Made by a program: the position numbers and the translations under genes
Part shown: piece by piece, positions 22,984 to 33,293 of the stretch
Layout of the letters: every line of letters starts with the position of its first letter
How positions within the stretch are numbered: position 1 is the first letter of the stretch
Source of the DNA: Planctomycetota bacterium
GTDB lineage: Bacteria; Planctomycetota; PLA2; JAEUHO01
DNA: 58,694 nucleotides
Direction of reading: 5' to 3'
Assembly (NCBI GenBank): GCA_030065025.1
Contig: JASJDY010000055.1
Coordinates: 1-58,694 of the forward strand
The notes under the pieces: generated by a model
Databases searched by the model: none
What the model was told of the DNA's origin: nothing
Seen by the model: only the letters and a program-made list of their open reading frames with translations

Positions 22984-23588
22984 GACCTGGACGCCTCCTT
23001 CGCGGCCTTGCGCTCTTCAGCGACGCGCTTGGCCTCCTTCGCTCCGAGTCCGAAGAGGGCATCCCACAGCACGAGACCGACACCGACGACGATGCCCGAG
23101 TCGGCAACGTTGAAGTTGGGCCACGTCCACGTGGGTTTCTCGAGGGTACCGAGATACACGAGGATGAAGTCGCGCACCTCCCCCCATTGCCAGCGGTCGT
23201 ACAGATTGCCCACGGCCCCGGCGAGGATCAGCGCAAGCCCGATATGCAGGGCGCGGCTGCGCGAGCGCGTGCCGCCGAACCACGCGAGCAGCGCGATCGT
23301 GGCGATGCCCGTCAGCGCGAGGATGAGCTTGGTCTGCCGCGGCGCGAAACCGAACGTGACGCCCGGGTTCCACGTGCCCTGCCAGGCGAAGAAGCCAGGG
23401 ATGACGTCGATCTGGTGCGCGCCGCGGGGCTGCCCGGGCACCAGGCCCAGGCGGTCCTGCATGTCCGCCTTGCTCCACAGGTCGAAGGCGAGCCACACCG
23501 CGAAGAGGATGGCGCAGAGCACCTTCAGCTTCACCAGCCGCTTGCCGGTGAGGGGGCCCGGGACGGCGCCCTTCTCGTCGGCACTCAC
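22980..23588 (-). CDS. lspA: Lipoprotein signal peptidase II
   Basis: DLWSK, NPGVTFG, GAVGNLYDR, VRDFI, WPNFNVADS. Confidence 0.95.
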   Translation of the reverse strand: MSADEKGAVPGPLTGKRLVKLKVLCAILFAVWLAFDLWSKADMQDRLGLVPGQPRGAHQIDVIPGFFAWQGTWNPGVTFGFAPRQTKLILALTGIATIALLAWFGGTRSRSRALHIGLALILAGAVGNLYDRWQWGEVRDFILVYLGTLEKPTWTWPNFNVADSGIVVGVGLVLWDALFGLGAKEAKRVAEERKAAKEASRS

Positions 23589-24040
23589 GCTTCGACCTCT
23601 TCCTGCTCTTCCTGGTGCGCAACGCACAGGGTCGCGTAAGGCAGCGCCATGAGGCGAGCCGTGGGAATCCAGGGCGTGCCGCTGGGCCAGACGCCGGTCT
23701 CCGCGCACTGCAGGCAGATGCCGTAGGGCGGCCCCTCCGCGCCGTCGATCCTGCGGATGGCGAACTCGATGGCGTCGAGCATCTCCTGTTCGCCCTCGAG
23801 GAGGGAGAGCGAGACCTCCTGCTCGAAGTTGTCGCTGCCGTGGTCGGCCATGTGGTCGACGGAGAAGTCCTGACCGGAGCCCTTGAGGGCCTCGTCGGCA
23901 AGGTCCTTCGAGCTTCGGAGGATCTGGCCTCGCATCTCCATGAGCTTGGCGCGCAGCGTCTTCTTCTCGGCCGCGGTCGGCCCGCCACGCGGGAACGAGC
24001 GACGGGGCTGGTCCGAGCTGTCGGCGGCGCTGGGCGACAT
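23585..24040 (-). CDS. TraR/DksA family transcription factor
   Basis: HMADHGSD coiled-coil tip, YGICLQC...IPTARLMALPYATLCVAH. Confidence 0.9.
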   Translation of the reverse strand: MSPSAADSSDQPRRSFPRGGPTAAEKKTLRAKLMEMRGQILRSSKDLADEALKGSGQDFSVDHMADHGSDNFEQEVSLSLLEGEQEMLDAIEFAIRRIDGAEGPPYGICLQCAETGVWPSGTPWIPTARLMALPYATLCVAHQEEQEEVEA

Positions 24041-24202
24041 GAAGGCTCCGTGGGCGTGCGGCGCGGGAGGATACCCCTGCCCCTCGGGGCGGTCAATTTG
24101 GGTGGGGGTCTCCCCCCGTCTGCGTCTGCGCCTGCGTCTGCGTGGTCTGTCAGCCGTCGCCGGAGCCGATTCGTGGAGCAAGGCCGGAACACAGCCTGGC
24201 TC

Positions 24203-24291
24203 TCGCGCTCGCGATCGCGCTCTCGCTCGACCCTCGGACACCTGCTCGAAAACCGCCCGAGGGTCGAGCGCGCACGCGAGCGGGAGCGCGA
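24203..24291. repeat. Family B palindrome
   Basis: Homologous to 21860-21949; preceded by (ctgcgt)n-ggtc, as is the 6483 copy. Confidence 0.85.
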
Positions 24292-24381
24292 GGCGGACAA
24301 GACGATGTTCGTGTCACGAACGGTTTACGCACGCCACCTCGGTTCAAGGAACTGGGCAAGCAAGCCGCACAATGGAAGGAG

Positions 24382-25305
24382 ATGCCCTACCGCGCACCCC
24401 GCGATCCGGACGGCGCCCTGCAGGCCTGGCTCGACCACCTGCAGGTCGAGCGCGCGGCCTCACCGAACACGCTCTCCGCGTACGCCGGGGACGTGCGGCA
24501 CGTGCTCGCGGCATGCGGCCTCGAGGAGCACCGCTGGCACGAGGACGGCGCCCTCGACTGTCTGAACGGGCCGGCCCTCCTCCGCTGGCTGCGCACGGCA
24601 CGGCGCGCGGGCAGCGCTCCGACGACGATTGCCCGGCGCCTCGCCGCCGTGCGGGGCTTCGCCCGCTTCGCCGTCGGACTCGGCGCCATGGAGGCGGACC
24701 CGACAGCCGGTCTGCCGACCGGCCGCACGTGGGAGCGGCTGCCCAAGACGCTCTCGCGCGCCCAGATCGACCACCTGCTCGAGTCGATTCGCCCTGAGCG
24801 CCCGACCGACGTCCGCGACCGCGCGCTGCTCGAGACGCTCTACGCGACCGGGGCGCGCGTGCAGGAGGCGTGCGACTGGAGACTCGAGGACCTGCGGCTG
24901 GACGACCGGGTCCTGCGCTGCATCGGGAAGGGCCGCAAGGAGCGCTGGGTCCCGCTGGGCGAGGGCGCGGCGGAGGCCCTGCGGAGGTGGCTGGACGAGG
25001 CGCGCCCACGGCTCGACAGGACGGGCAGCGAGACGCTGTTCCTCTCCCGCACCGGCCGGCCGCTGGACCGCACGCGCGTCTACCGGATGGTGCAGGCGCG
25101 AGCCGCGCGAGCGGGGCTCTCCGCCGACCTCTCGCCGCACACGCTGCGGCACTCCTTCGCGACGCACCTCCTGGAGGGCGGCGCCGATCTGCGCGCGGTC
25201 CAGGAGCTGCTCGGCCACGCGTCCGTGCAGACGACGCAGGTCTACACGCACGTGGATCGCGAGCGGTTGAAGAAGGTGCATAGGCGGTTCCATCCGAGGG
25301 CCTGA
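24382..25305 (+). CDS. xerD: Tyrosine recombinase, XerD type
   Basis: AAGGAG RBS; [62 protein letters not shown]. Confidence 0.88.
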   Translation: MPYRAPRDPDGALQAWLDHLQVERAASPNTLSAYAGDVRHVLAACGLEEHRWHEDGALDCLNGPALLRWLRTARRAGSAPTTIARRLAAVRGFARFAVGLGAMEADPTAGLPTGRTWERLPKTLSRAQIDHLLESIRPERPTDVRDRALLETLYATGARVQEACDWRLEDLRLDDRVLRCIGKGRKERWVPLGEGAAEALRRWLDEARPRLDRTGSETLFLSRTGRPLDRTRVYRMVQARAARAGLSADLSPHTLRHSFATHLLEGGADLRAVQELLGHASVQTTQVYTHVDRERLKKVHRRFHPRA

Positions 25306-25306
25306 C

Positions 25307-25444
25307 GTGCCATCTCGTCGGAGACGACGCAGGAACCGCCGAGGACACGGAGACCGCAGAGGACACAGAGGCGCGTTCCGGCCGTCGATACGCCAGCGAC
25401 AGCGGCTTGCCATGCCTCTGCGACCTCTGCGTCCTCTGCGGTTC
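25307..25444. repeat. Family C element with its complementary arm
   Basis: gaaccgccgaggacacggagaccgcagagg pairs imperfectly with cctctgcgacctctgcgtcctctgcggttc. Confidence 0.85.
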
Positions 25445-25529
25445 AATCCGAGCACCGGCTAGCTGGACACAGCAACGGGTCCCCCGTCGTGGGTACCCTC
25501 CCCAAACCAAGAGAGACCCTGGAGTGGAC

Positions 25530-26195
25530 ATGCAGATCTTTCTCGATACCGCCGAGGTCGACGACATCCGCACCTACGCCGCCTGGGGCGTGATCGACGG
25601 GGTCACCACGAACCCGAGCCTCATCGCGAAGTCGGGCCGCGTCTTCGAGGAGGTGATCGCCGAGATCTGCGAGATCGTCGACGGGCCGATCTCCGCCGAG
25701 GTCACGGCACTCGACGCCGAAGGCATGGTCGCGCAGGCCGAGCCGCTCGCAGCCATCCATCCGAACGTCACGATCAAGGTGCCGCTCATCCCCGAAGGAC
25801 TCAAGGCGACCAAGGTGCTCTCGGGTCGCGGCATCAAGACGAACGTGACGCTCTGCTTCTCGCTGAACCAGGCCGTGCTCGCCGCGAAGGCCGGCGCGAC
25901 CTTCGTGAGCCCCTTCATCGGACGGCTCGACGACCGCGGCGAGCGCGGCATGGAGCTCATCGAGGAGATCGTGCACGCGTACGAGCAGTACCCCGAGTTC
26001 CACACGCAGGTGCTCGTCGCCAGCGTGCGCAACGCCGATCACGTGCGACAGGCCGCGCTCGCCGGCGCCGACATCGCCACGATCCCGCCGAAGATCATGG
26101 ACAAGATGGTGAAGCACGACCTCACCGACTCGGGCCTCGCCGCCTTCCTCGCGGACTGGGAGTCGGCGAAGACGGCCGAGGGCGTAGCGCTGTAG
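25530..26195 (+). CDS. tal: Transaldolase, short FSA-like subfamily
   Basis: [19 protein letters not shown] (Glu), IKVP Schiff-base Lys, SPFIGRLDD (Phe); Glu and Phe favour transaldolase over FSA. Confidence 0.9.
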   Translation: MQIFLDTAEVDDIRTYAAWGVIDGVTTNPSLIAKSGRVFEEVIAEICEIVDGPISAEVTALDAEGMVAQAEPLAAIHPNVTIKVPLIPEGLKATKVLSGRGIKTNVTLCFSLNQAVLAAKAGATFVSPFIGRLDDRGERGMELIEEIVHAYEQYPEFHTQVLVASVRNADHVRQAALAGADIATIPPKIMDKMVKHDLTDSGLAAFLADWESAKTAEGVAL

Positions 26196-26325
26196 GGGCG
26201 GCCGGAGGAGCTCTGAGCGAGCGAAGCGAGTCGAAGAGCGACGAACGCCCGCCCGCGAGCCACCCTTGGTGCGCGACGGGCGGGCGTTCGGCCTTCGCTA
26301 CGCTCAGGCCTCCGGCCGCCCCTAC
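26192..26325. repeat. GTAG-type REP doublet (REPIN-like)
   Basis: Perfect 17-bp terminal IR GTAGGGGCGGCCGGAGG/CCTCCGGCCGCCCCTAC with further internal pairing. Confidence 0.85.
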
Positions 26326-26346
26326 GGCGTCATCGCCGTTCGACCA

Positions 26347-28374
26347 TCACCTGACCACGGTCGCGCCCGCCGCCAGGTTGCCGTCGCCGTCCGTGACCTG
26401 CACGACGACGTCGTGCGCGCCCTGCTTCGGCGCACGGACGATGCCCTCGAAGGCCTCGTCGCCCGTGTCGTAGAGGCCGTCCTTCGCGCCGAGCGGCACC
26501 CACGGGCCGCCGTTGAGCGACACACGCACCTGCAGGATGCGTCCGCCCCGCGCATCCTTGGCGCGGCCCTGGATGTGGATCCGGCCGCCGCCGTGACGCC
26601 TCGCGCTCACCTCGACCGTCGGCGGCGTGTTGTCAACGCGCACGCCCGTGAGCACCGCCGACGCTTCGCGCGCGCGGCCGGGCTCGTTGTCCGGTGTGTC
26701 CGCGAGCGCCACGCGCACCTGGTAGAGCCCATCGGGCATGCCCGTCGTGTCCCACGAGTGGGCGGGCTTCTTCAGCACCTCGCCGTCCACGAGCGTCGTC
26801 CAGTGCGGCGAGCCCTGGCGGTTGACCGCGACGGTCGTCCGAAGACGATCCCCGTCGGCGTCGGCCGCCTTCCAGCTCAGGTCGCGCTTCGCCGTCGCGA
26901 CCGGCGGCGCGCCCTTCTTCTGTCCGGGCTTCGTGACCTTGAGTTCGGTGACCGTCGGCGCGCGGTTGGGCGTGCGGCGCACGAGCTCGACGCTGCGCAG
27001 CTCGGCGTCCTTGCCCGTGAGCGTCGCCTCGATTTGCACGAAGCGCGCCGTGGTCTTCATGGCGCCGGCCTGCCCGTCGAAGCCTTCGAGCGAAGACCAC
27101 GCGGACCACGCGTCGTCGGGCTCGGACGTCGGGCCGCTGCGATAGCGCAGCGTGCGGACGGAGCGGCCCCAGAGTGTCACGCGGCCCCACATCGACGGCG
27201 CGCCCGCATCGATCGGTACCGACGTCCAGGCGCCTTCGTTGCTCGGCGACTCGACCCAGTGCACGACCGCCGGGTTGCTGGTGGCGACGGCGAGCACCGT
27301 CTCGGTCTCGTCGGTCAGCACGACACTCGCCTCGGCTTCGGGGAGATCCGCGACCAGCGCGTACGGCTTGCCCGGCTCGACGCGGATGACGCGCGCCGAG
27401 GGGTACGTGCCCGCGACGGCTCCGCCGGCATGACCCGCCAGGCCGAGCACGGCGGTCTTCTTCTTAGACCACAGCGTCGTGACGACGCCGCTCGGCTCGA
27501 TGTGCAGGATCTGACCGTCCTGCAGTGCCGTGCGCTTCGCGGGCTTCTGGCCCTTTTTCGTCTCGCGCGGCTCGGCGATCTGGCGCAGGAGGCTAGCCAT
27601 CTGCTGCGCGTTGCCGCCGGCTTGATCGGCGTTGGCCGCGACGATCAGACTGCCGTCTCCGCGCTCGACGATGCCCACGACCTCCTGCGGCTCCAGGTCG
27701 CGCACGACGCGCACCTTCTGGCCCTCCACGGCCAGCACGCGGCCCTTCGGCGCCGTGCCGACGAAGAGCGTCTTGCCGTCCGCGCCAGGGGTCATGCACC
27801 GGGCGTGTGCGTCGTCGACGTCCGCGAGCTTCGTCACCGCACCGAAGGGGTCGACGCGGTACAGGGTCCCCGGCACGCCGCACGCCGCGGTCAAGACGCC
27901 CGTCGCCGAACTCGTCAGCGCCCAGACGTGCTCCACCGGCAACTTGGCGAGCGGGGACACCTTGCCGTCCTTGCCGCCTTCGATCTTGACGATGCGTCCG
28001 CCCGGGAACACGGCCGCTGCGATCGCGTCGCCCGGCAGGGGCGCCATGGCCGTCACCATCAGGCCTTCACCCAGCTCGATGCGCTTGCGAAGGTCGGGGG
28101 TGATGTAGTGCACCGCGGCCCGGTTGCCCAGGCCGATCCACGTGGCCTTGTCCGAGTGCGACGCACACCAGGCCGTGTCCGCTTTCAGGGGCATCGACGT
28201 CAGCGTCGGGCCGGGACGCAGTACGCCCTCGGCGTCGAGCGTCAGGTTCTTCAGCGTGCCCTTGGCGAAGGCGTCGTGGCCCGCGATGCGCTCCGTCGCC
28301 GGTCCGCCGGCCGAAACCGGCGCGGCGAGCAGGAGCAGCAGCGCCAGCGGCGCGAGACGTGTGAGGAGGTTCAT
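26347..28374 (-). CDS. Secreted beta-propeller protein with C-terminal Ig/FN3-like domains
   Basis: Signal peptide; repeated blade-like segments; NRAPTV, DADGD, WDTTGMPDGLY, VDNTPP. Confidence 0.75.
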   Translation of the reverse strand: MNLLTRLAPLALLLLLAAPVSAGGPATERIAGHDAFAKGTLKNLTLDAEGVLRPGPTLTSMPLKADTAWCASHSDKATWIGLGNRAAVHYITPDLRKRIELGEGLMVTAMAPLPGDAIAAAVFPGGRIVKIEGGKDGKVSPLAKLPVEHVWALTSSATGVLTAACGVPGTLYRVDPFGAVTKLADVDDAHARCMTPGADGKTLFVGTAPKGRVLAVEGQKVRVVRDLEPQEVVGIVERGDGSLIVAANADQAGGNAQQMASLLRQIAEPRETKKGQKPAKRTALQDGQILHIEPSGVVTTLWSKKKTAVLGLAGHAGGAVAGTYPSARVIRVEPGKPYALVADLPEAEASVVLTDETETVLAVATSNPAVVHWVESPSNEGAWTSVPIDAGAPSMWGRVTLWGRSVRTLRYRSGPTSEPDDAWSAWSSLEGFDGQAGAMKTTARFVQIEATLTGKDAELRSVELVRRTPNRAPTVTELKVTKPGQKKGAPPVATAKRDLSWKAADADGDRLRTTVAVNRQGSPHWTTLVDGEVLKKPAHSWDTTGMPDGLYQVRVALADTPDNEPGRAREASAVLTGVRVDNTPPTVEVSARRHGGGRIHIQGRAKDARGGRILQVRVSLNGGPWVPLGAKDGLYDTGDEAFEGIVRAPKQGAHDVVVQVTDGDGNLAAGATVVR

Positions 28375-28390
28375 GGCAGCGCGTTCCCCT

Positions 28391-30142
28391 TCAGCGCACG
28401 ACGCGGAGCGTCACCTTCTGTCGGCCCGCGACAACGAAGGGGACCTTCTGGATCACCTTCTCCGTGACGGGCTGGAGCTTCGTGTTGCGGCCGCCCGGCG
28501 AGCGGGCGAGGCGCGCGACGGCCGAGAGCGGCAGGTCGCGCAGCAGATGGCCGTCGAGATCGAGGTCCACGCGGCCGGTCGGCAGCACGGCGACGAGCTC
28601 GGTGCTCTTGTGGAACGCCGCGTAGAGCTTCGGGTAGTCCGCGATGTCCTTGGGCGTCGGCACGGCGGCGGGTACGAAGTCGCCGCCCAGCACCGAGATG
28701 ACGTAGTTGCCTTCGGGCGCGTCGTGCGGGATGCGGACGTCGAGCGTCTGCTCCACGGGATCGCCGCCGTCCTTCGTCTCGAGGCCGACGCGGAGCGTGA
28801 CCTGCTCGCCCGGGCGCACCTCCTCGCGGGAGGCGCCGACCGTGCGCACGTAGGCGCGGCGGTCGCGGTGCTCGATCTCCACGTCGAGCTTGAACGACTC
28901 GAACTCCGGACGCTGTGTGGGATGGTTGAGCGGCCGATCCACGAGCCCGATGAGCTGGCGCTGGAAGCCACCGTCGAAGCCGGCGATCACGTCCTCGTAC
29001 GTCCAGGGCTCCAGCCCTTTCAGCTTGGCCGTCATCCTGTAGCGCTTGGTGTTCTGGCCGAGCGTCGCCTCGGCGCGCGCGAAGGACTCCTTCAGCGCGA
29101 AGATGAGGAGCTGCGTGAAGAACACCGTGTTGGGGGTGACCTCGAACTCGAAGGTCTCCTCGCGCTTCGTCACAGCGTGCGTGAAGCGCACCTGCACCGG
29201 CACCATGCGGGCGGGCTTGCCGAGGTGCCCGACGATGCCCGACGGACGGTCCTGGACGAGCGCGCCGATCTCGCGGATCGAGCTGCCCAGCTTGAAGGAG
29301 AGGTCGCGACTCGCGATGACCGAGTAGACGTAGCCGACGCTCATGGGCAGCAGCGTCTCGCCGAGCATGTTGAAGTCGTGGCCGAAGCCGTACACCTGCT
29401 TGCCGTCGACGAACGTGCACGTGCCGATGGCGGCCGCGCTGTAGTCACCGCGCAGCAGGTCCACGACCACGGCGGAGCCGGGCTCGACCGGCGCGTCGAG
29501 GTTCACCCAGTCCGCGCCGCGCTGCGGACGACCGGCGACGGCCCCGCCGCCGCACACGGAGAAGCCGTGCGGCGCGAAGGCCGCATTGAGCGCGTTGCGG
29601 GACGCATGCGAGAAGCCGCCGACGGTGATCGGCGTGCCGATGGGCCGGAGCTCGGTGCTGCGTCCGGTCTGACCGGCGACGCGGCGGATGCGCGTAGGCG
29701 GCTGCATGCCGGTCGGGCGGCCTGACAGCTTGCGCTTGCCCTCGGCGAGCATCGTCTCGATGGGCGTGACGCCGCCGATCGGGTGCTTCGCCTGGGCCCA
29801 GGTGTAGGCGAGGGCCCCGGCGACCTTGCCCTCGAAGTAGATGGGCGAGCCGGACATGCCCTGGGCGATCTGGTGGTCGGCGAAGGCCTCCCCGAGGCAG
29901 CGGACGAGGATCACGTCCTGCTTGACGAGGTGGTTGCGGATGACGTCGATGACCTCGACCTCGAAGCGCTCGATCTTCGTGCCCTGCTTCACGGTCAGGC
30001 CGTGGCCTTTCATGCCGGGCCTGACGGCGCTGAGGGGGAAGATGTCGTCGCGGGTCTCGGCGGGCTTCTCGTCGGCGGCGGACGGGCACGGGCCGAGGGC
30101 CAAGGCGAGGAGGAGGGCGACGGCGAGGCGGGCGAAGGGCAT
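28391..30142 (-). CDS. Secreted SpoIVB-like (S55) serine peptidase
   Basis: QGMSGSPIYFEGKVAGA, IGTCTF..VYGFGH; signal peptide; AGGAG RBS. Confidence 0.85.
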   Translation of the reverse strand: MPFARLAVALLLALALGPCPSAADEKPAETRDDIFPLSAVRPGMKGHGLTVKQGTKIERFEVEVIDVIRNHLVKQDVILVRCLGEAFADHQIAQGMSGSPIYFEGKVAGALAYTWAQAKHPIGGVTPIETMLAEGKRKLSGRPTGMQPPTRIRRVAGQTGRSTELRPIGTPITVGGFSHASRNALNAAFAPHGFSVCGGGAVAGRPQRGADWVNLDAPVEPGSAVVVDLLRGDYSAAAIGTCTFVDGKQVYGFGHDFNMLGETLLPMSVGYVYSVIASRDLSFKLGSSIREIGALVQDRPSGIVGHLGKPARMVPVQVRFTHAVTKREETFEFEVTPNTVFFTQLLIFALKESFARAEATLGQNTKRYRMTAKLKGLEPWTYEDVIAGFDGGFQRQLIGLVDRPLNHPTQRPEFESFKLDVEIEHRDRRAYVRTVGASREEVRPGEQVTLRVGLETKDGGDPVEQTLDVRIPHDAPEGNYVISVLGGDFVPAAVPTPKDIADYPKLYAAFHKSTELVAVLPTGRVDLDLDGHLLRDLPLSAVARLARSPGGRNTKLQPVTEKVIQKVPFVVAGRQKVTLRVVR

Positions 30143-30208
30143 ACGTCTCCTAGGGACGGATACCCTTCAATTTCGGCAGATCGCGGCTCGGGCCTTCGTC
30201 GGTTCCAC

Positions 30209-30328
30209 CCGTATCCGTTTCCGTGCACGTTTCCGTTTCCGGCGTGACCCGGCTGCCGTATCTAGGCCCGCCCGCCGCCCGTCTCTCTGCCCGGAAACGG
30301 AAACGGAAACGGAAACGGAAACGGAGAT
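30209..30328. repeat. Family D hexamer-periodic palindrome (CGTTTC)n...(GAAACG)n
   Basis: ccgtttccgtgcacgtttccgtttccgg and ccggaaacggaaacggaaacggaaacggaaacgg. Confidence 0.8.
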
Positions 30329-30346
30329 CCGCGGCTCCGCCGCGGA

Positions 30347-31828
30347 TCACGTATCGATCTGAGCCCGCTGCAGCCCCCCGGAGTAGTCGATGTAGACCGT
30401 CTTCTGCTCCGAGTAGAAGTCGATGCCCGTGATCCCCGCCTCGCGGTGGCCGTTGCCCGTGGCCTTCATGCCGCCGAAGGGCAGATGCACCTCGGCGCCG
30501 ATCGTGCCGTTGTGCAGGTACACGATGCCCGTCTGCAGTGCGCGCATCGCCTTCATCGACGCGGCGAGATCGCGCGTGATGATCGCGCCCGAGAGCCCGT
30601 AGCGCGTCCCGTTGTGCACACGGATGGCCTCGTCGAGGTCGTTCACCCGGATGAGCGCCGTCACCGGGCCGAAGATCTCCTCCTGGGCGATCCGCATGTC
30701 CGGCGTCACGTCGGCGAAGACCGTCGGCTGGAAGTACCAGCCGCCCGCGAGCTCGGAAGGCAGGTCGGGACGCGCGCCACCGGTCACGAGCCGCGCGCCG
30801 TCCTCCTCCTGTCCGATCTTCACGTAGCGCTCGATCTTCTCGAGCGCGGACGGCCGCACGACGGGACCGACCTCGACGGCGTCGTCCCAGCCGTGGCCGA
30901 CGGTCTGCGCCGCGGCGGCCTTGGCCAGCTTGTCGAGCAGCGCGTCGTGCACCTTGTCGTGGACGATGATGCGGCTGCCGGCCGTGCAGCGCTGGCCGCT
31001 CGTGCCATAGGCGGACCACAGGATCGCCTGGACGGCGAAGTCCAGGTCCGCGTCGTCCATGACGATGATGCCGTTCTTGCCGCCCAGCTCGACGTGCACG
31101 TGCTTGAGCATGTCGGCGGCGTTCTTCGAGACGATGCGCCCCGTCTCGGTCGAGCCGGTCATCGAGATGACGGGCACGTCGGGGTGCTTCACCAGCGCGT
31201 CGCCGGCTTCCTCGCCCGTGCCGTTCACGATGTTCACGACGCCCGCCGGCACGCCGGCCTCGAGGAGGCACTCGACGTAGGCCGTCAGGCATCCGCCCGT
31301 CTCCTCGGACGGCTTGAACACAACGGTGTTGCCGCAGATGAGGGCGGGCAGCGACTTCCACGAGGGAATCGCGATGGGGAAGTTCCACGGCGCGATGAGG
31401 CCGCAGACGCCGATCGGCTCGCGGAGCGTGAAGCAGATCTTGTTCGGCAGCTCGCTCGGCGTGGTGTTGCCGAAGAGGCGGCGGCCTTCGCCGGCGATGT
31501 AGTAGGCCATGTCGATGGCCTCCTGCACGTCGCCGAGCGCCTCGACCTTGACCTTGCCCATCTCGCGCGTGACGAGGCGTCCGAGCTCCTCCTTGCGGCT
31601 CTCCATGATCTGGGCCGCGCGGAAGAGGATCTCGCCGCGCTTGGGCGCGGGCGTCTCCGACCAGGCCGGGAACGCCGCCTTCGCCGCAGCCACGGCGGCG
31701 TCGATCTCCGCCTTGCCGCCGCGCGGTGCGGTCCCGATGAGCTCGCCCGTGGCGGGGTCGAACATCTCGATGCCGTCGCTGCCGGCCTCGACCCACTCGC
31801 CATCGATGAAGTTACGTGCCGTGGTCAC
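30347..31828 (-). CDS. Aldehyde dehydrogenase
   Basis: PWNFP, FKPSE, TGST..G, ELGGKN, GQRCT, EEIFGPV, PFGGMK; AAGGAGG RBS. Confidence 0.95.
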   Translation of the reverse strand: MTTARNFIDGEWVEAGSDGIEMFDPATGELIGTAPRGGKAEIDAAVAAAKAAFPAWSETPAPKRGEILFRAAQIMESRKEELGRLVTREMGKVKVEALGDVQEAIDMAYYIAGEGRRLFGNTTPSELPNKICFTLREPIGVCGLIAPWNFPIAIPSWKSLPALICGNTVVFKPSEETGGCLTAYVECLLEAGVPAGVVNIVNGTGEEAGDALVKHPDVPVISMTGSTETGRIVSKNAADMLKHVHVELGGKNGIIVMDDADLDFAVQAILWSAYGTSGQRCTAGSRIIVHDKVHDALLDKLAKAAAAQTVGHGWDDAVEVGPVVRPSALEKIERYVKIGQEEDGARLVTGGARPDLPSELAGGWYFQPTVFADVTPDMRIAQEEIFGPVTALIRVNDLDEAIRVHNGTRYGLSGAIITRDLAASMKAMRALQTGIVYLHNGTIGAEVHLPFGGMKATGNGHREAGITGIDFYSEQKTVYIDYSGGLQRAQIDT

Positions 31829-31925
31829 GACGTCCTCCTTCGTGGGGAAGGAGGCAACCTACCTCTGCGGGCCCAGGAGTCGACGGAAGTCCGAGGGCCG
31901 TTTGACAGACGACGCACGGGGCGCT

Positions 31926-32100
31926 GTAGGGGCATCCCGAGTCCTGGGCAGAGCCCAGGAGGAGTGGTTGCCCGGCCCGTTACGAACGTGGAGGCCCGAT
32001 CGACGCCCGGCGTCGGGCTCGGCCTCGTCGGGTCCCTGGAAGGACGGGCGGGTCGGGCAACCACTCGGCACGCCTACGGCGCACCTCGGGATGCCCCTAC
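31926..32100. repeat. GTAG-type REP doublet (REPIN-like)
   Basis: Perfect 16-bp terminal IR GTAGGGGCATCCCGAG/CTCGGGATGCCCCTAC; inner gagtggttgcccg/cgggcaaccactc. Confidence 0.85.
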
Positions 32101-33227
32101 CGCTTCCCGTCCAGCTTCGTGATCAGCAGCTCCATCTTGGCGAAGTCCTCCTTGGAGGCGGAGATCACCAGTGCATTGGTCTGTTCGTCGGCGATCACGG
32201 CGGGGCGCGCACCGGAGCTCGCCCAGAGGTGAGGCGAGCCCGCAATGAGCTGACCCAGGACGCTGGCCACCTCGTCCGCCGATACGTGCTTCATGCGCAC
32301 GTAGAACGCCTCCGTCTCAGGCGCCGGCACCGGGGTATCCAGCAGGGCAATGGCCTCCTGCACCTGCTTGATCTCGGCGTCGTCGCCGGTCACCAGGATG
32401 CGGTTCGTGCGCTTGTCGGCTGTGATCCGCGGCGCGGACGCCTGCGGGATCGTCACCGCGCCGCGGCGCGTCGGCTGCGCCATCCGGGGGCCTGAGCGGT
32501 AGTGCTGGTTCAGGACCTCAGCCAGCTCGAGGGCGCTCGCGTGCTCGAGCGAGACGGCGACCGTCTTGCCCGTCGCGGTCGAGACCTTGGCCTTCGGCAC
32601 GTCCATCTTGCGGAGCAGGCGGTAGATCGCGACGACGTTCGGCGCGAAGTCGGTCACGACGAAAGCCTTGGCGTCCGGCACCTCGGTCACGCTGCCGATG
32701 TTCATGCCCGTCACGATGCGGGCCAGTGCGTTGCGCGCGTGCTGGAGGTTGTCCATGTGTTGCACATGGATGGTCGTCGTCACGAAGAGACCGTCCGCCG
32801 ACTCGTACGTGGCCAGGTTGTCATCGGTCAGCGCGATCGGCTGCGGCTTGAGCTTCAGGATCGCGCTCGACTGACGCGCGTCGGCGATCAACATCACCTT
32901 GTTGCCCTCGGGGCCGATCGGGATGAACACGAGGTCGTAGAACGTCAGCAAGCCCCGCACCAGCGGGAAGAGCTCGTCCCGCTTCGCCTTCAGCACGATG
33001 CCGCCCTTGAGCTTGCGCCCGCGGATGTTCTTGTCGACCGGGTTCCAGACGAGCCGCATGCCGGTCGTCCGGGCGACGGCCGTCAGGAAGGCCTCCATCT
33101 CCATGTTCTCGCTGACGATGATCGAGACATCCTCGTCGGCGAACGCTTCACGGTGCGGCGTGCCGACCTGCGTGAGCACGCAGAGAACACAGATCGAGAG
33201 ACAGGTCAGCAGACGGAACGGGCGCAT
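32097..33227 (-). CDS. Secretin (GspD-like) N-terminal domains only
   Basis: Signal peptide, N0-like region, repeats LEHASA...ADKRTNRILV...IALLD and MKHVSA...ADEQTNALVI...ITKLD; no secretin barrel. Confidence 0.8.
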   Translation of the reverse strand: MRPFRLLTCLSICVLCVLTQVGTPHREAFADEDVSIIVSENMEMEAFLTAVARTTGMRLVWNPVDKNIRGRKLKGGIVLKAKRDELFPLVRGLLTFYDLVFIPIGPEGNKVMLIADARQSSAILKLKPQPIALTDDNLATYESADGLFVTTTIHVQHMDNLQHARNALARIVTGMNIGSVTEVPDAKAFVVTDFAPNVVAIYRLLRKMDVPKAKVSTATGKTVAVSLEHASALELAEVLNQHYRSGPRMAQPTRRGAVTIPQASAPRITADKRTNRILVTGDDAEIKQVQEAIALLDTPVPAPETEAFYVRMKHVSADEVASVLGQLIAGSPHLWASSGARPAVIADEQTNALVISASKEDFAKMELLITKLDGKR

Positions 33228-33293
33228 CGCATCCTCCTCGGGCCATCCAGGCCACGGCTTGGACGCGCGCGCCCCGGATGCCCTTCCGAGAAG

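Noticed and set aside
24382-25305. Phage or island integrase
   Set aside because: Motifs and size fit housekeeping XerD; no att sites, tRNA or mobile genes nearby
30347-31828. Phosphonoacetaldehyde dehydrogenase linked to the phosphonate operon
   Set aside because: About 18 kb away, generic ALDH motifs, and no phnA partner
33178-33200. Family C-like sequence inside the secretin-N signal peptide
   Set aside because: Short match explained by codons for ICVLCV
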